Source: Acidimicrobiia bacterium
Lineage (GTDB): Bacteria; Actinomycetota; Acidimicrobiia; Spongiisociales; ZC4RG35
Direction: 5' to 3'
NCBI GenBank assembly: GCA_965215185.1
Contig: OZ244034.1
Span: 1,824,001-1,888,000 of the forward strand
DNA length: 64,000 nt
The notes beneath the pieces were generated by a model. It searched no databases and was not told the DNA's origin. It was given only the letters and a program-made list of their open reading frames with translations. The translations under genes and the position numbers were made by a program. How positions within the stretch are numbered: position 1 is the first letter of the stretch; the number at the start of each line of letters is the position of its first letter. Shown in pieces: positions 20,402 to 29,597 of this stretch.

Positions 20402-21772
20402 GTGTATTTGGTGCAGACTTTTAGGTTTCCCGCTAAGTGTTCCCCGTCCGCTCATCGTCGGTTGACCGAGGTGTTTTCCATGTCCGCGGAGTTGTATAAC
20501 GCGGCGTTGGAGTCTTGGAGGGGAACATACGCGTGGTGGAGGGAACGCCATCCCGGAGAGGACGACAAGTTCCCCTCGGAGTTGCGGCGTTCGAAGTACG
20601 ACTTGATGAAAGAGTTCACGGGGGTTCGTTCGGATATTCCCGAGTGGGAGCGGCTGGCCGTCCAGGTGGGAAGGGGCGTTGTGTGTCGTTTCGACCGGAC
20701 GGTGAGTTCCTTCTACAAACGCTGCAAAGAAGGGGGCAAGCCGGGGTTTCCCCGCTTCAAGGCGTCCCGCCGGTGGAGGACCATAGAGATCCCGGACGCG
20801 TCGAGTTCCATGGTGGTTCCCCCCAGCACCTCCAAGAACGGTTCTGCTGTGTGGTGGAGACTCGCAGTGAAAGGCGTTCCGCGTCTTCGTTTCCGAGACA
20901 AAGGCCGTAGGTTGGCCGATGCCCTCGGTGGGGGCGCCCGGGTGGTGGAACTACGCGTGGTGAGAACGCCCCTCCGCACAGAGGTACACGTCGTGGTCCG
21001 CCACCCGGAGAGGAACATATCCAGGGTGGAGCCCGCCAATCCCGTGGGGATAGATGTCGGTTTGACGCACCGTTTGACCCTTTCGGGCGGGCAGGTCGTC
21101 CCCCCGCGGAAAGTGGACGCGTCCCGTGTCAAGAGGGCGCAGAGAAAACTGTCCCGTGCCAAGAAAGGCTCCCGCACCAGGGGCAAGAAAGCCCACGCGC
21201 TGGCCAGACTCCACCGCAGAGAAAAAGAGAAAGCCGTCCAGGCTGACTTCCGTCTCGCCCACCACCTCGTCCGCTCCTACGACGGGATAGCCACCGAGGA
21301 CCTCAACGTGACGGGGATGCTCAAATCGAAAAGGTTCTCCAAGAAAATGTCCGAACAACGATGGTCGTCCCTCGGGAACATCCTGGAATACAAAGCCGAG
21401 AAAGCTGGCATTCCATATGAAAGGGTGAATCCCCGCCACACCACCACAGACTGTTCGGCCTGCGGGCACCGACAGGCAATGCCTCTCCGGCAGAGGGTGT
21501 TTCACTGCGGGTCGTGTGGAATGTGCGTGGGTAGGGACGTCAACGCCGCAATCAACATACGCGCCCGGGCTTTTGGCCCGGCGTGGGTAGGGACGTCAAC
21601 GCCGCAATCAACATACGCGCCCGGGCTTTTGTGGTCGGGAGGGACCATCCCCGACGCGATGCGCGTAACAAACTTCGGCTGTAAGACAGGCACGCCCTCC
21701 GGGGAATGCTCTGCGGGTCGACATCGCAGAACAGTATCACCCACGGCGACATCCGTCTACCCAAGTATATAA
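20402..21772 (+). CDS. tnpB: TnpB-like RNA-guided endonuclease, intact
   Basis: N-terminal 'LYNAALE', 'GFPRFK', RuvC-I 'VGIDVG', RuvC-II 'IATEDL', Zn ribbon CSAC...CGSC, RuvC-III 'RDVNAAINI'; the stop codon lies inside the right TIR. Confidence 0.93.
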   Translation: MYLVQTFRFPAKCSPSAHRRLTEVFSMSAELYNAALESWRGTYAWWRERHPGEDDKFPSELRRSKYDLMKEFTGVRSDIPEWERLAVQVGRGVVCRFDRTVSSFYKRCKEGGKPGFPRFKASRRWRTIEIPDASSSMVVPPSTSKNGSAVWWRLAVKGVPRLRFRDKGRRLADALGGGARVVELRVVRTPLRTEVHVVVRHPERNISRVEPANPVGIDVGLTHRLTLSGGQVVPPRKVDASRVKRAQRKLSRAKKGSRTRGKKAHALARLHRREKEKAVQADFRLAHHLVRSYDGIATEDLNVTGMLKSKRFSKKMSEQRWSSLGNILEYKAEKAGIPYERVNPRHTTTDCSACGHRQAMPLRQRVFHCGSCGMCVGRDVNAAINIRARAFGPAWVGTSTPQSTYAPGLLWSGGTIPDAMRVTNFGCKTGTPSGECSAGRHRRTVSPTATSVYPSI

Positions 21773-21777
21773 GTCCC
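21650..21777 (+). ncRNA. Putative omega-RNA scaffold of E1
   Basis: Conserved blocks GCTGTAAGAC, ACAGT and ARGTATATAAGTCCC shared with E2-E4 and two solo loci; located at the tnpB 3' end. Confidence 0.65.
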
Positions 21778-21827
21778 ATTGTTTAGTCAAACTCTGCCGG
21801 TTGGTTCCATCCCCGTCATCCCAGCGG

Positions 21828-23492
21828 TTAGCGTCGCTCCCTGGTGAACGCGATACGGCTGCTATCCGGCAACCACACCGGCCACCGGGCGATGTACGGG
21901 CTGTCAGTAAGCTGCAACAGGTTTCCGCCATCGGCATCCATGACAAATATCGCCCAGTTGCGATTGGTGTCGTTGCTATTGAAAGCGATTCGCGCACCAT
22001 CTGGAGACCACACCGGCCAGGCGTTGTTCAACCATTCTTCTCGACCGCCGCTCCTGTGGGTAAGACGTCGAACATTGTCACCGTCGGCGTCCATTACAAA
22101 GATCTCCCGTCTGCCATCCCGGCTGTCAGCTGCGTAGACAATCCGGGTTCCATCCGGTGACCACTCCGGTTCCCAGTCTTGGGCGTGGACATTGTCGGTG
22201 AGCTGCCGAACAAGGCCGCTGTCGGCCTCCACCACAAAAACCTCGGCATCTCTACCATCTTTTCCGGGGCTTGTGAAGGCAATATGGTCGCCATGGGGCG
22301 ACCAAGCCAGATCCCTCATGAAGGGGTAGCTTCTGTGGGTGGTCAATTGCTTCTGAGCACTGCCATCCTCATCCACGACATAGAGATACCACTCGTTTCC
22401 CATTCCGCCAGCGAAGGCGATCCGCTCGCCATCAGGTGACCAGACAGGATCTGCGCCCTGGTAGGGGTTATAGGTGATCCGTCGTGCTTTCCCGGTATCC
22501 ACATCCACTACAGAAACCTGGCCCAGATGCGCTGCACTGCTCTTGTCGATGTAGGCAAGGCGACTGCTATCAGGCGACCACACGGGGCCGAAGTCCTCCC
22601 AAACCGGATTTGAGGCAAGAAGCCCACCGATCACCCGGATGTTTTCACCACTGGCGTCCATAACGAACAGCTCATCATGGCGGCTGACAAAAGCGACACG
22701 GGCGCCATCGGGCGACCAGGCCGGGTCCCTTCCTTTCACGAGAATCTGTCGCCCACTTCCGTCGGCGTTCACCACAACAATCTCGGATGAATACTCCAAA
22801 TCGTGAGAAGTGATCCGTCCCGGGGCATCGACGGCCGGGGGTAGCCGGACCAGACCCAATGCGCGGGCGAGGAAAGTTGCCATCTGGCCCCGCGTCACCA
22901 AAGCCTCAGGACAGAACCGAGCGGGATTGACAGCACACCCCTGAGTGATCTTTGCCGCCGCCAAGGCATTGATGTGTGACTGGAAGCGACTGTCCTGCAA
23001 GTCGACAAATCCTACTTCTGCCGCAGGCTCAAGTGAGAAGGCGCGGCTGAGGAAGGCCGCCATGTGTTCCCTGGTCACCGGCTCATCAGGACAAAACCTT
23101 TTCGGCTCCACTGCACACCCTTTGGTCACTTTCAGTTCCGCCAATCGCTCCACGTAAGGCGCCCACCACTCCTCAGCATCCACATCCTCGAACCGAGGGA
23201 GACCCTCGGCAGCCGGCTCCCCGCCTTCCAGCGCCCGGACCAGCCACACTGCCACTACCCATCGCTTGATCTCTTCTTCAGGGCAAATCAGATCCTCTCC
23301 ACACTCCGTGCCGTCCAGAATCCCCTCTGCAGCCAATGCATCAAACGCCGATTCGTAATTCCGCCAATTGTCATCTTCAAACCCTTGTGCCTCCACCGGA
23401 CCTGACATCCCCAGCACCAGCACTAAGACGAGCAAGACCGCTCTTCCTCCCGGACCGAGCAACCACACCCCGATCCCCCCAAATCCCCTCAT
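21828..23492 (-). CDS. SLH-domain protein with TolB-like (PD40) beta-propeller repeats
   Basis: Signal peptide, three SLH-like repeats ('VTRGQMATFLARAL'), repeated 'PxWSPDGxRIAF'. Confidence 0.9.
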   Translation of the reverse strand: MRGFGGIGVWLLGPGGRAVLLVLVLVLGMSGPVEAQGFEDDNWRNYESAFDALAAEGILDGTECGEDLICPEEEIKRWVVAVWLVRALEGGEPAAEGLPRFEDVDAEEWWAPYVERLAELKVTKGCAVEPKRFCPDEPVTREHMAAFLSRAFSLEPAAEVGFVDLQDSRFQSHINALAAAKITQGCAVNPARFCPEALVTRGQMATFLARALGLVRLPPAVDAPGRITSHDLEYSSEIVVVNADGSGRQILVKGRDPAWSPDGARVAFVSRHDELFVMDASGENIRVIGGLLASNPVWEDFGPVWSPDSSRLAYIDKSSAAHLGQVSVVDVDTGKARRITYNPYQGADPVWSPDGERIAFAGGMGNEWYLYVVDEDGSAQKQLTTHRSYPFMRDLAWSPHGDHIAFTSPGKDGRDAEVFVVEADSGLVRQLTDNVHAQDWEPEWSPDGTRIVYAADSRDGRREIFVMDADGDNVRRLTHRSGGREEWLNNAWPVWSPDGARIAFNSNDTNRNWAIFVMDADGGNLLQLTDSPYIARWPVWLPDSSRIAFTRERR

Positions 23493-25288
23493 GATTCGCC
23501 GCCACGAATCATCGGCAACCATCTCGGACTCCAGTCTTCATGTTGGTTGTCGGTGATTTGCGCCACATTTCCATCATCCACCTTCACTACTGCTATCTCC
23601 CAACTCTCCTGACTCCCTGCGCTGTCTTCGCCAGCCGGGATATGCCCGAAAGCGATGTAACCGCTGTCGGGTGACCAAACCGGGTCTGTTACCGCTCGAT
23701 GCTTGTTGTGAGTCAGTCGCCGGACGTCGGCTTCGTCCACAACCACCATGAAGATTTCCCATCCACCCTCCGTTACTGATCTGAAAGCAATCTTGGAGCC
23801 ATCTGGAGACCATGTAAGGCCGTATACGCCAACGCTGGCGTTCGTGAGTCGTCGAAGGTTTCTTCCGATGGCATCGCTTACGAATAGGTCACCCAGGCCG
23901 CCGGGCTCATACTGGGTGAAGGCGATTTGAGAACCGTCAGGAGACCAAACAGGGTATAGACCCCCACGGGCGTTCGTGAGTCGCTGCAGATCACCGCCGA
24001 ACTTATCCACCACGAACGCCCCATCCCGCAAGACGCTCGAACCGTTTCTGAGCTCCTCGCTTGTGCCATTAAAGGCGATCCGAGAACCGTCGGGAGACCA
24101 CATGAAATGCGGTTGGTCGCTGGCATTTTGAGTTGCTTGCCAGAACTGGGCGCTGCTTACATCTACAACGAATACCTGCCACCCGTGGTCCGCATAGTCG
24201 TTGAAGGCAATGTGGGAACCATCAGGAGACCACAGCAAAGTGTGCGGGTCGTGGTAGGGGGTTGCAAGAAGTTGCCGCAGATTGCTCCCATCCTTGTCCA
24301 CCACATACAAGAACCCACTGCCGTGGTGGGCGCTAGCAAAAGCGATTTGAGAACCGTCAGAAGACCACTCTGGATCCTGGATCCAGAGATTCTCCACAAT
24401 TTGTCTCCGGTTCTTGCCATCCGAATCTATTACGAAGAGCCCATAGCCATCGTTTCCGACGTAGGCGATCTGAGAACCGTCAGAAGACCAATCAGGATCC
24501 CTGCTGGACGTGATGGAGGTGAGCTGGCGCAGATTCCGACCATCGGCATCCACTAAAAGAACCTTGAACCCACCGTAGTAGCTGCCGCTGTAACTGCTGA
24601 AGGCCAGCCGCGGGACGGACCTGCTGACTCTCTGTGGCAGGGAGACGAGATTGAGAGCACGGGCGACAAATGCAGACATCTGCCCTCGGGTCATCAAAGC
24701 CTCAGGGCAGAATCGAGGCGGGTCAACATCGCACCCCAAGGTAATTCCCACAGCCGCAAGGGCATCAATGCTCTCTTCGTGGGTACTGCCCGCGGTGTCA
24801 ACGAACCCTGCCGTACCCGCTCTCCCGAGGAAAAACGCTCGGGTCAGAAACGTCGCCATCTGGGCGCGGGTCACTGACTGTTCAGGACAGAACCTGGCAG
24901 GTTCCACCGCACACCCTTTCGTCACCCCCAACTCGGCCAGCCGCTCCACAAAAGGCATCCACCACACTCCCGCATCGATATCCACGAACCGGGTGGAAAA
25001 CACCCCCTCAGGATCGGAGCCGTCCAACACCCGGACCAGCCATACCGCCATCACCCACCGCTCCATTACTTCATCGGGACACATCAAACCCTCCCCACAC
25101 TCCGTTCCGTCCAGAATGCCTCTCTCGGCCAAAGCATCCAGAGCCGACTCGTAAAACCCTCCATCATCATCGGTGAAAGAATCAGCGCTGACCGGACCCA
25201 ACACTCCCAATACCAACCCCAACGCGACAAGCATCGTCCAAAAACCGCTTCCCCGGAACCACTTCCCCCTTCTCACATTGCCATCCAT
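23489..25288 (-). CDS. SLH-domain protein with TolB-like (PD40) repeats, tandem paralog
   Basis: AGGAG RBS; SLH repeats 'VTRAQMATFLTRAF'; repeated 'WSPDGSQIAF'. Confidence 0.9.
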   Translation of the reverse strand: MDGNVRRGKWFRGSGFWTMLVALGLVLGVLGPVSADSFTDDDGGFYESALDALAERGILDGTECGEGLMCPDEVMERWVMAVWLVRVLDGSDPEGVFSTRFVDIDAGVWWMPFVERLAELGVTKGCAVEPARFCPEQSVTRAQMATFLTRAFFLGRAGTAGFVDTAGSTHEESIDALAAVGITLGCDVDPPRFCPEALMTRGQMSAFVARALNLVSLPQRVSRSVPRLAFSSYSGSYYGGFKVLLVDADGRNLRQLTSITSSRDPDWSSDGSQIAYVGNDGYGLFVIDSDGKNRRQIVENLWIQDPEWSSDGSQIAFASAHHGSGFLYVVDKDGSNLRQLLATPYHDPHTLLWSPDGSHIAFNDYADHGWQVFVVDVSSAQFWQATQNASDQPHFMWSPDGSRIAFNGTSEELRNGSSVLRDGAFVVDKFGGDLQRLTNARGGLYPVWSPDGSQIAFTQYEPGGLGDLFVSDAIGRNLRRLTNASVGVYGLTWSPDGSKIAFRSVTEGGWEIFMVVVDEADVRRLTHNKHRAVTDPVWSPDSGYIAFGHIPAGEDSAGSQESWEIAVVKVDDGNVAQITDNQHEDWSPRWLPMIRGGES

Positions 25289-25904
25289 CACGACTCCTAC
25301 AACACGGCCGATCAGCCGGTACCTATACAGACTATGCCGGAGACGTCCCGAAGACCGCGCCGAGTCTGTCTGGGCCGGTTCGGCGTCATCCAGGATGCGG
25401 ACCAGACAGCCATTGCCCACCGCGGCATGGTTTGCACCGTAATCGCTACTGCGCCCACTACTTGACGGAGTCTCGCCTAGGTTCGGTCAGGCGCCTACGG
25501 TTAAGTCAGGGGATGCGGTCGAGGAGCGTCAAGCCGGCTCCGATGACTCCTGCCGGCGGGCCGCAGGTTCCCACCAGGATCGGAGTTTCCCGCGCCCGGT
25601 CGGACCACACCGACCGGCAGGGTACCTCTCCTATTCGCTCCAACGTCTGGATAAGGCCCTCCGGTCGAAAGCGCCGGAGTCCGCGGCCGGAGCCGAGACG
25701 GACCGGTCGGGCGGTGGTAACGCATCCGGGCAGCAGCCAATGCCCACCCTGGTCGAGGCTTCCCGCGCCGGTGCGAGTGGATAGCGTCTCGGGTCGGTTT
25801 CGCGGGGGCCGGAACTCGGAGCATTCGAGCAGGAAGGGGGCATACACTTCCCGTCACAGAGACGAGTCCGTCCTACACCGCCTACAAGGGGAGGTAGCTC
25901 CAAA

Positions 25905-26462
25905 ATGAGATTCGATTGGGACCTCGAGCCCGAATGGTGGCTCGCCGCGGCCTTCGCGGCGTTGCTGGTAGTCGTTCTACTGGTGCTGGCCATTGTCGCC
26001 TACGCGGCCTACAGGGGGATGCGGCAGCAGCGAGACGAGACGAACAAGAGATTGGAGCTGGCGCGTCAAGAACTCGCTGACAACCGAAGAGCACTGGAGG
26101 AGGCGCGGCGGGATCAGGAAAGGGTCCTCAAAGAACTGGACGAGGCGCGCAGGGATTGGCATGATGCCATCCGACGGCTCACCCCGAGACTCAGAGAGCA
26201 AGCAGGAAAGATCTCGGAAGTGCTCGAAGGGTTGGCGCGGTGGCAGGAGGACCGCAAGAAACTGGGCCTCGGCGGCGGGTGGGAGTTGCGGGCGGTAGCC
26301 GTGATGAAGGCCTCCCAGGAGGACCACGAGAAAGCGCAAGAAGCGATGGCAAACTTCCGCAAAATGGCCAACAACAGCTTCAGTGCGCTGAAACGCCTGA
26401 TCGAACGCCCGGGGATTAAAAGCGGCGACGATGCCAAAGAGGAAAACCCCCAGGCCGAATAG
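25905..26462 (+). CDS. Single-TM coiled-coil protein (paralog of 19477-19986)
   Basis: GGAGG RBS; 'AYRGMRQQRDE...RDWHDAIRRLT.RL.E' versus 'AYRNMRRQRDQ...RDWHGATRQLT.RL.E'. Confidence 0.8.
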   Translation: MRFDWDLEPEWWLAAAFAALLVVVLLVLAIVAYAAYRGMRQQRDETNKRLELARQELADNRRALEEARRDQERVLKELDEARRDWHDAIRRLTPRLREQAGKISEVLEGLARWQEDRKKLGLGGGWELRAVAVMKASQEDHEKAQEAMANFRKMANNSFSALKRLIERPGIKSGDDAKEENPQAE

Positions 26463-26813
26463 CCGCTGCCGGCTTCGGGAGGTGGACGTACCCCCAAACC
26501 AACAAAATCCGCGACATCCATCACTATTCCGCGAAATTCTGCCCCCGCCCTTTTCACCCGAGGGCCCATCCCCCGCCACCGCCACCATCTGCGAAATCGC
26601 GAGAACCCGCGACCCGGTAAGGCCGACACTCTATGACCTCTGGGATCTACAGCCCGGGAGAGCTCTGGTCCGGGCTGGAGGCTATTGTGCAGCCCTGACA
26701 GTATGAGGTGGTGGTGGGACAGAGTCGACCTTTTGTTGACGGAATTCTTGCCAACTTGGGGCTAGACAGCATCGATCCTCTCTGAGCAGACCGGGCGAGA
26801 TACGCTTTAGCGC

Positions 26814-27806
26814 ATGCAACCTCTTGCGGACGCTCGCTCCCCTCTGGCCGAGGCGGTGCTGGCCGCTGTCGAGTTCCAACCCGACGATGTGTTCTGTGCG
26901 ACGGTGGCGCGCTTTGCCGAATTGGCCGAGGCTTATGAGGACCTGGTGGAGAGAATGGGCGGAGCTCTGCCGGGTCGAGGAGTCAGCCCACTGCCCGTGT
27001 CCGAGCTGCCTTGGGAACCCGATCTCGGGGAGGCCGCTCGGCTGGCAAAGGCGGTGCGCTCCTCCCTGGGCTGGGGCGAGGGGCCGATCGCCGATCACCT
27101 GCTGGCGCTCACCGCCCACCACACGCTGGTGTTCCGGCTTCCCCTCGCAGATCCCCATTCCGGGTTCTTCTACAACCACCCCTCCATCGGGTTCAGTGTG
27201 GTGGTCAACTCCCGGATGAACCTGGGACGCCATCTGTTCGCACTGGCCACCCAGCTCTGCCACGCCTTCTGCCACTCCCACCTCCGGGACGCGTGGTTCT
27301 CCCTGCCGGAGGGAGAACACCAGCGTCTGGCCGACCGCTTCGCCGCGCAACTATTGGTGCCCGATAGCGCCTTGGTGCGAGAGGTGGGATCCCTGGGCAG
27401 AGGTGTCGATCCTTCCGATCCGGTGGTGGCGCTCCACATCCAACGCCTGTTCGGCGTGAGCTATGCCCTGGTGGCGGTGCGGCTTCGCCAGGCCGGCCTC
27501 ATCACAGAAGAACGGTATCACCGCATGGGAGAGGTCTCGCCCACCGGAATGGCGCCCGACCTTGGCTATGCGGTTCATCCGGTCGACCTCGGCCGCGGCT
27601 CGGACCCTCCCCCGCTGGCGACCGCTCCCCGGCCAATGCTGCAACTGGTCTGCGCCGCTCTGGCCAAGGGAGTGCTGAGCGAAGAACGGGCCGGCAAGGT
27701 GCTGGGGGTGTCTCCCCATGCCGTCTCGCAGCTTCGCTCCCGCCCTCCCACAGAGAAGCGGGAATCCGCGGTCTGGGCCGAAATGGACCGATTGGGGGGC
27801 TGGTAG
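26814..27806 (+). CDS. ImmA/IrrE (peptidase M78)-like protein with degenerate Zn motif
   Basis: 'HSGF...VVVNS...RHLFALATQLCH', 'ADRFAAQLLVP', 'FGVSY'. Confidence 0.75.
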   Translation: MQPLADARSPLAEAVLAAVEFQPDDVFCATVARFAELAEAYEDLVERMGGALPGRGVSPLPVSELPWEPDLGEAARLAKAVRSSLGWGEGPIADHLLALTAHHTLVFRLPLADPHSGFFYNHPSIGFSVVVNSRMNLGRHLFALATQLCHAFCHSHLRDAWFSLPEGEHQRLADRFAAQLLVPDSALVREVGSLGRGVDPSDPVVALHIQRLFGVSYALVAVRLRQAGLITEERYHRMGEVSPTGMAPDLGYAVHPVDLGRGSDPPPLATAPRPMLQLVCAALAKGVLSEERAGKVLGVSPHAVSQLRSRPPTEKRESAVWAEMDRLGGW

Positions 27807-27860
27807 GGCATCGGGGGCGATGTTGGGCCTCCGCATCCCTTAAGTGAAGAGGTCGTCCAG

Positions 27861-28196
27861 CTATAGGGAAAAAGCCAAGGCCATCAGAAACGGTATCGCC
27901 ACGACCACAACCCCCGTGATCACAAGACCGGCCAACGCCAGCTTGTAATTCTGCCGATCGATCCGGCTACGTTTGCTCACTGTGACCATGGACAGGACGC
28001 CCCCTACGAAAACAGCGATGAATCCCATCCCAAACAGGAATACGGGCGCATCTAAATCAGATGCTTCAAGTATCACAAGTGTGACCACCAACAGCAAGGA
28101 GAGGACGGAACACCCCAATCCGACCCGGGCGATACGGTTGGCGGCAACCGAGGTTTCTGCTGGGGTGAGGTCGGGTGGGGGGACAGCGCTGGACAT
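27861..28196 (-). CDS. Small three-TM membrane protein
   Basis: Three hydrophobic segments. Confidence 0.65.
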   Translation of the reverse strand: MSSAVPPPDLTPAETSVAANRIARVGLGCSVLSLLLVVTLVILEASDLDAPVFLFGMGFIAVFVGGVLSMVTVSKRSRIDRQNYKLALAGLVITGVVVVAIPFLMALAFSL

Positions 28197-28400
28197 CGGT
28201 ACCTAACTGGGGGGTTTGCCGGGGGCGGATCATAGCTCTTCCCGCTCCCCCGCCGATGGCAGTGTCTACCCCCCGCAGTTACAATTCCAATGGTGATATA
28301 TGAAGGCTGCTCTCGGCCAGCGCGCACCATCCGATGAGCAACAAGCTCCTCCCGCTGGCAACTTCCTGCTTGTTCCCGGCCCTATCTCCCACCATATAGG

Positions 28401-29513
28401 ATGACCATGCAGATCGCTCCGCCGGGGTTAAAGGGATTGGCGGTAGCGGATACCGAACTCGGCTCGGTGCGAGGTGGGGAGGGATTTTTTCATTATCGGC
28501 AGTACGACGCGGTGGAACTGGCCCGCACCCACACGCTCGAAGAGGTGTGGACCCTGCAGGTCGACGGTGCACTGCCGCCCACCGTGCCCGCCATAGATCC
28601 CGGCCCAATGCGGGCAATACCCGAGGAAGCGGCCCGGGTGGTGGATGCGGCCAGCTTCCACATGGACGATCCCATGGCGGTGCTTCGGGTGGGTCTTCTC
28701 GCCGTGGCGTCGGTGGAAGGCCGGGGGCCGTTGCTCGACCGCTCGCCTGTTCAGCGCCGCGACGACGCGGTGCGACTGGCAGCCGTCGTGCCCACCGTCC
28801 TGGCTCGTCATCAACGCCGCCGAGCAGGACTTGATGCTCTGGATCCTGATCCTCAACTCTCCCATGCCGCCGACTATCTGCGGATGAGCACCGGCTCGTC
28901 GCCCAATCTCAAAGCGGCGCGGGCTGTGGAGCAATACCTGGTGACCACTCTCGATCACGGTTTCAACGTCTCCACCTTCGCCAGCCGGGTGGTGGCCAGC
29001 ACCGGCGCCGATATGGCCGGATCTCTGGTGGCCGGACTGGGCGCTTTGAGCGGACCGCTGCACGGCGGCGCGCCGAGCCGGGTGATGGAGATGATCGAGG
29101 AGATCGGCACGCCCGAAAGCGCTGCCTCCTGGGTGCGGGACCGGCTGGCGGCCAGGCAGAAGATCATGGGATTCGGACACGCCGTTTACCGGGTCAGCGA
29201 TCCCCGCGGCACGGTGCTGCGCGCCGCGGCGGAGACACTCGGTGGAGATCTCGTGGAGCGGGCCGCCGCCATCGAACAGGAGATCCTCGGCGTTCTGAGC
29301 GATTGGAGACCCAATCAGCGTATCCTCACCAACGTCGAATACTGGGCTTCGGTGGTGCTCGAACTGGCCGGTCTTCCCCGGTTGATGTTCACCCCCACCT
29401 TCGCAGTGAGCCGAGCGATCGGCTGGTCCTCCCATGTGCTCGAACAGGCCGAGCACGGCAAGATCCTCCGCCCCAGCGCCCGCTACATCGGCCCCGAGCC
29501 GACGCGCTCCTGA
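28401..29513 (+). CDS. Citrate/2-methylcitrate synthase family protein
   Basis: 'DHGFNVSTF', 'GPLHGGA', 'MGFGHAVYRVSDPR'. Confidence 0.93.
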   Translation: MTMQIAPPGLKGLAVADTELGSVRGGEGFFHYRQYDAVELARTHTLEEVWTLQVDGALPPTVPAIDPGPMRAIPEEAARVVDAASFHMDDPMAVLRVGLLAVASVEGRGPLLDRSPVQRRDDAVRLAAVVPTVLARHQRRRAGLDALDPDPQLSHAADYLRMSTGSSPNLKAARAVEQYLVTTLDHGFNVSTFASRVVASTGADMAGSLVAGLGALSGPLHGGAPSRVMEMIEEIGTPESAASWVRDRLAARQKIMGFGHAVYRVSDPRGTVLRAAAETLGGDLVERAAAIEQEILGVLSDWRPNQRILTNVEYWASVVLELAGLPRLMFTPTFAVSRAIGWSSHVLEQAEHGKILRPSARYIGPEPTRS

Positions 29514-29597
29514 CTCCCGGTTCGGCCGTCCCTTCTGGCACGGCACTGTTTGCCTTGGAATCAATCAGGGGATCAGCCACGATGGGCCCTTGGGTCC

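Larger units (their letters stand above)
20345..21777 (+). mobile_element. E1: TIR-bounded non-autonomous element carrying tnpB (1433 bp)
   Basis: Left TIR GGGACTTATATACCTGGGTAGAC (20345-20367); right TIR GTCTACCCAAGTATATAAGTCCC (21755-21777, 1 mismatch); 8-bp direct repeat ATTGTTTA at 20337-20344 and 21778-21785. Confidence 0.95.

Noticed and set aside
20402-21772. Catalytically dead TnpB-derived repressor (TldR-like)
   Set aside because: All three RuvC acidic residues are retained in every copy.
20345-21777. Ordinary IS605/IS1341 or IS607 element, or a Cas12f CRISPR locus
   Set aside because: No tnpA and no CRISPR array; the ends are TIRs with 8-bp TSDs, which those families do not make.
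25462-25552. Fluoride riboswitch (GACGGAGT...GATGACTCC)
   Set aside because: The pseudoknot-like complement is present but there is no P1 helix and no fluoride-related gene downstream; no convincing riboswitch was seen before the fluC pair either.
28200-28300. Cobalamin or c-di-GMP riboswitch-like GC-rich hairpins
   Set aside because: Only isolated sub-motifs; the core consensus elements could not be assembled.
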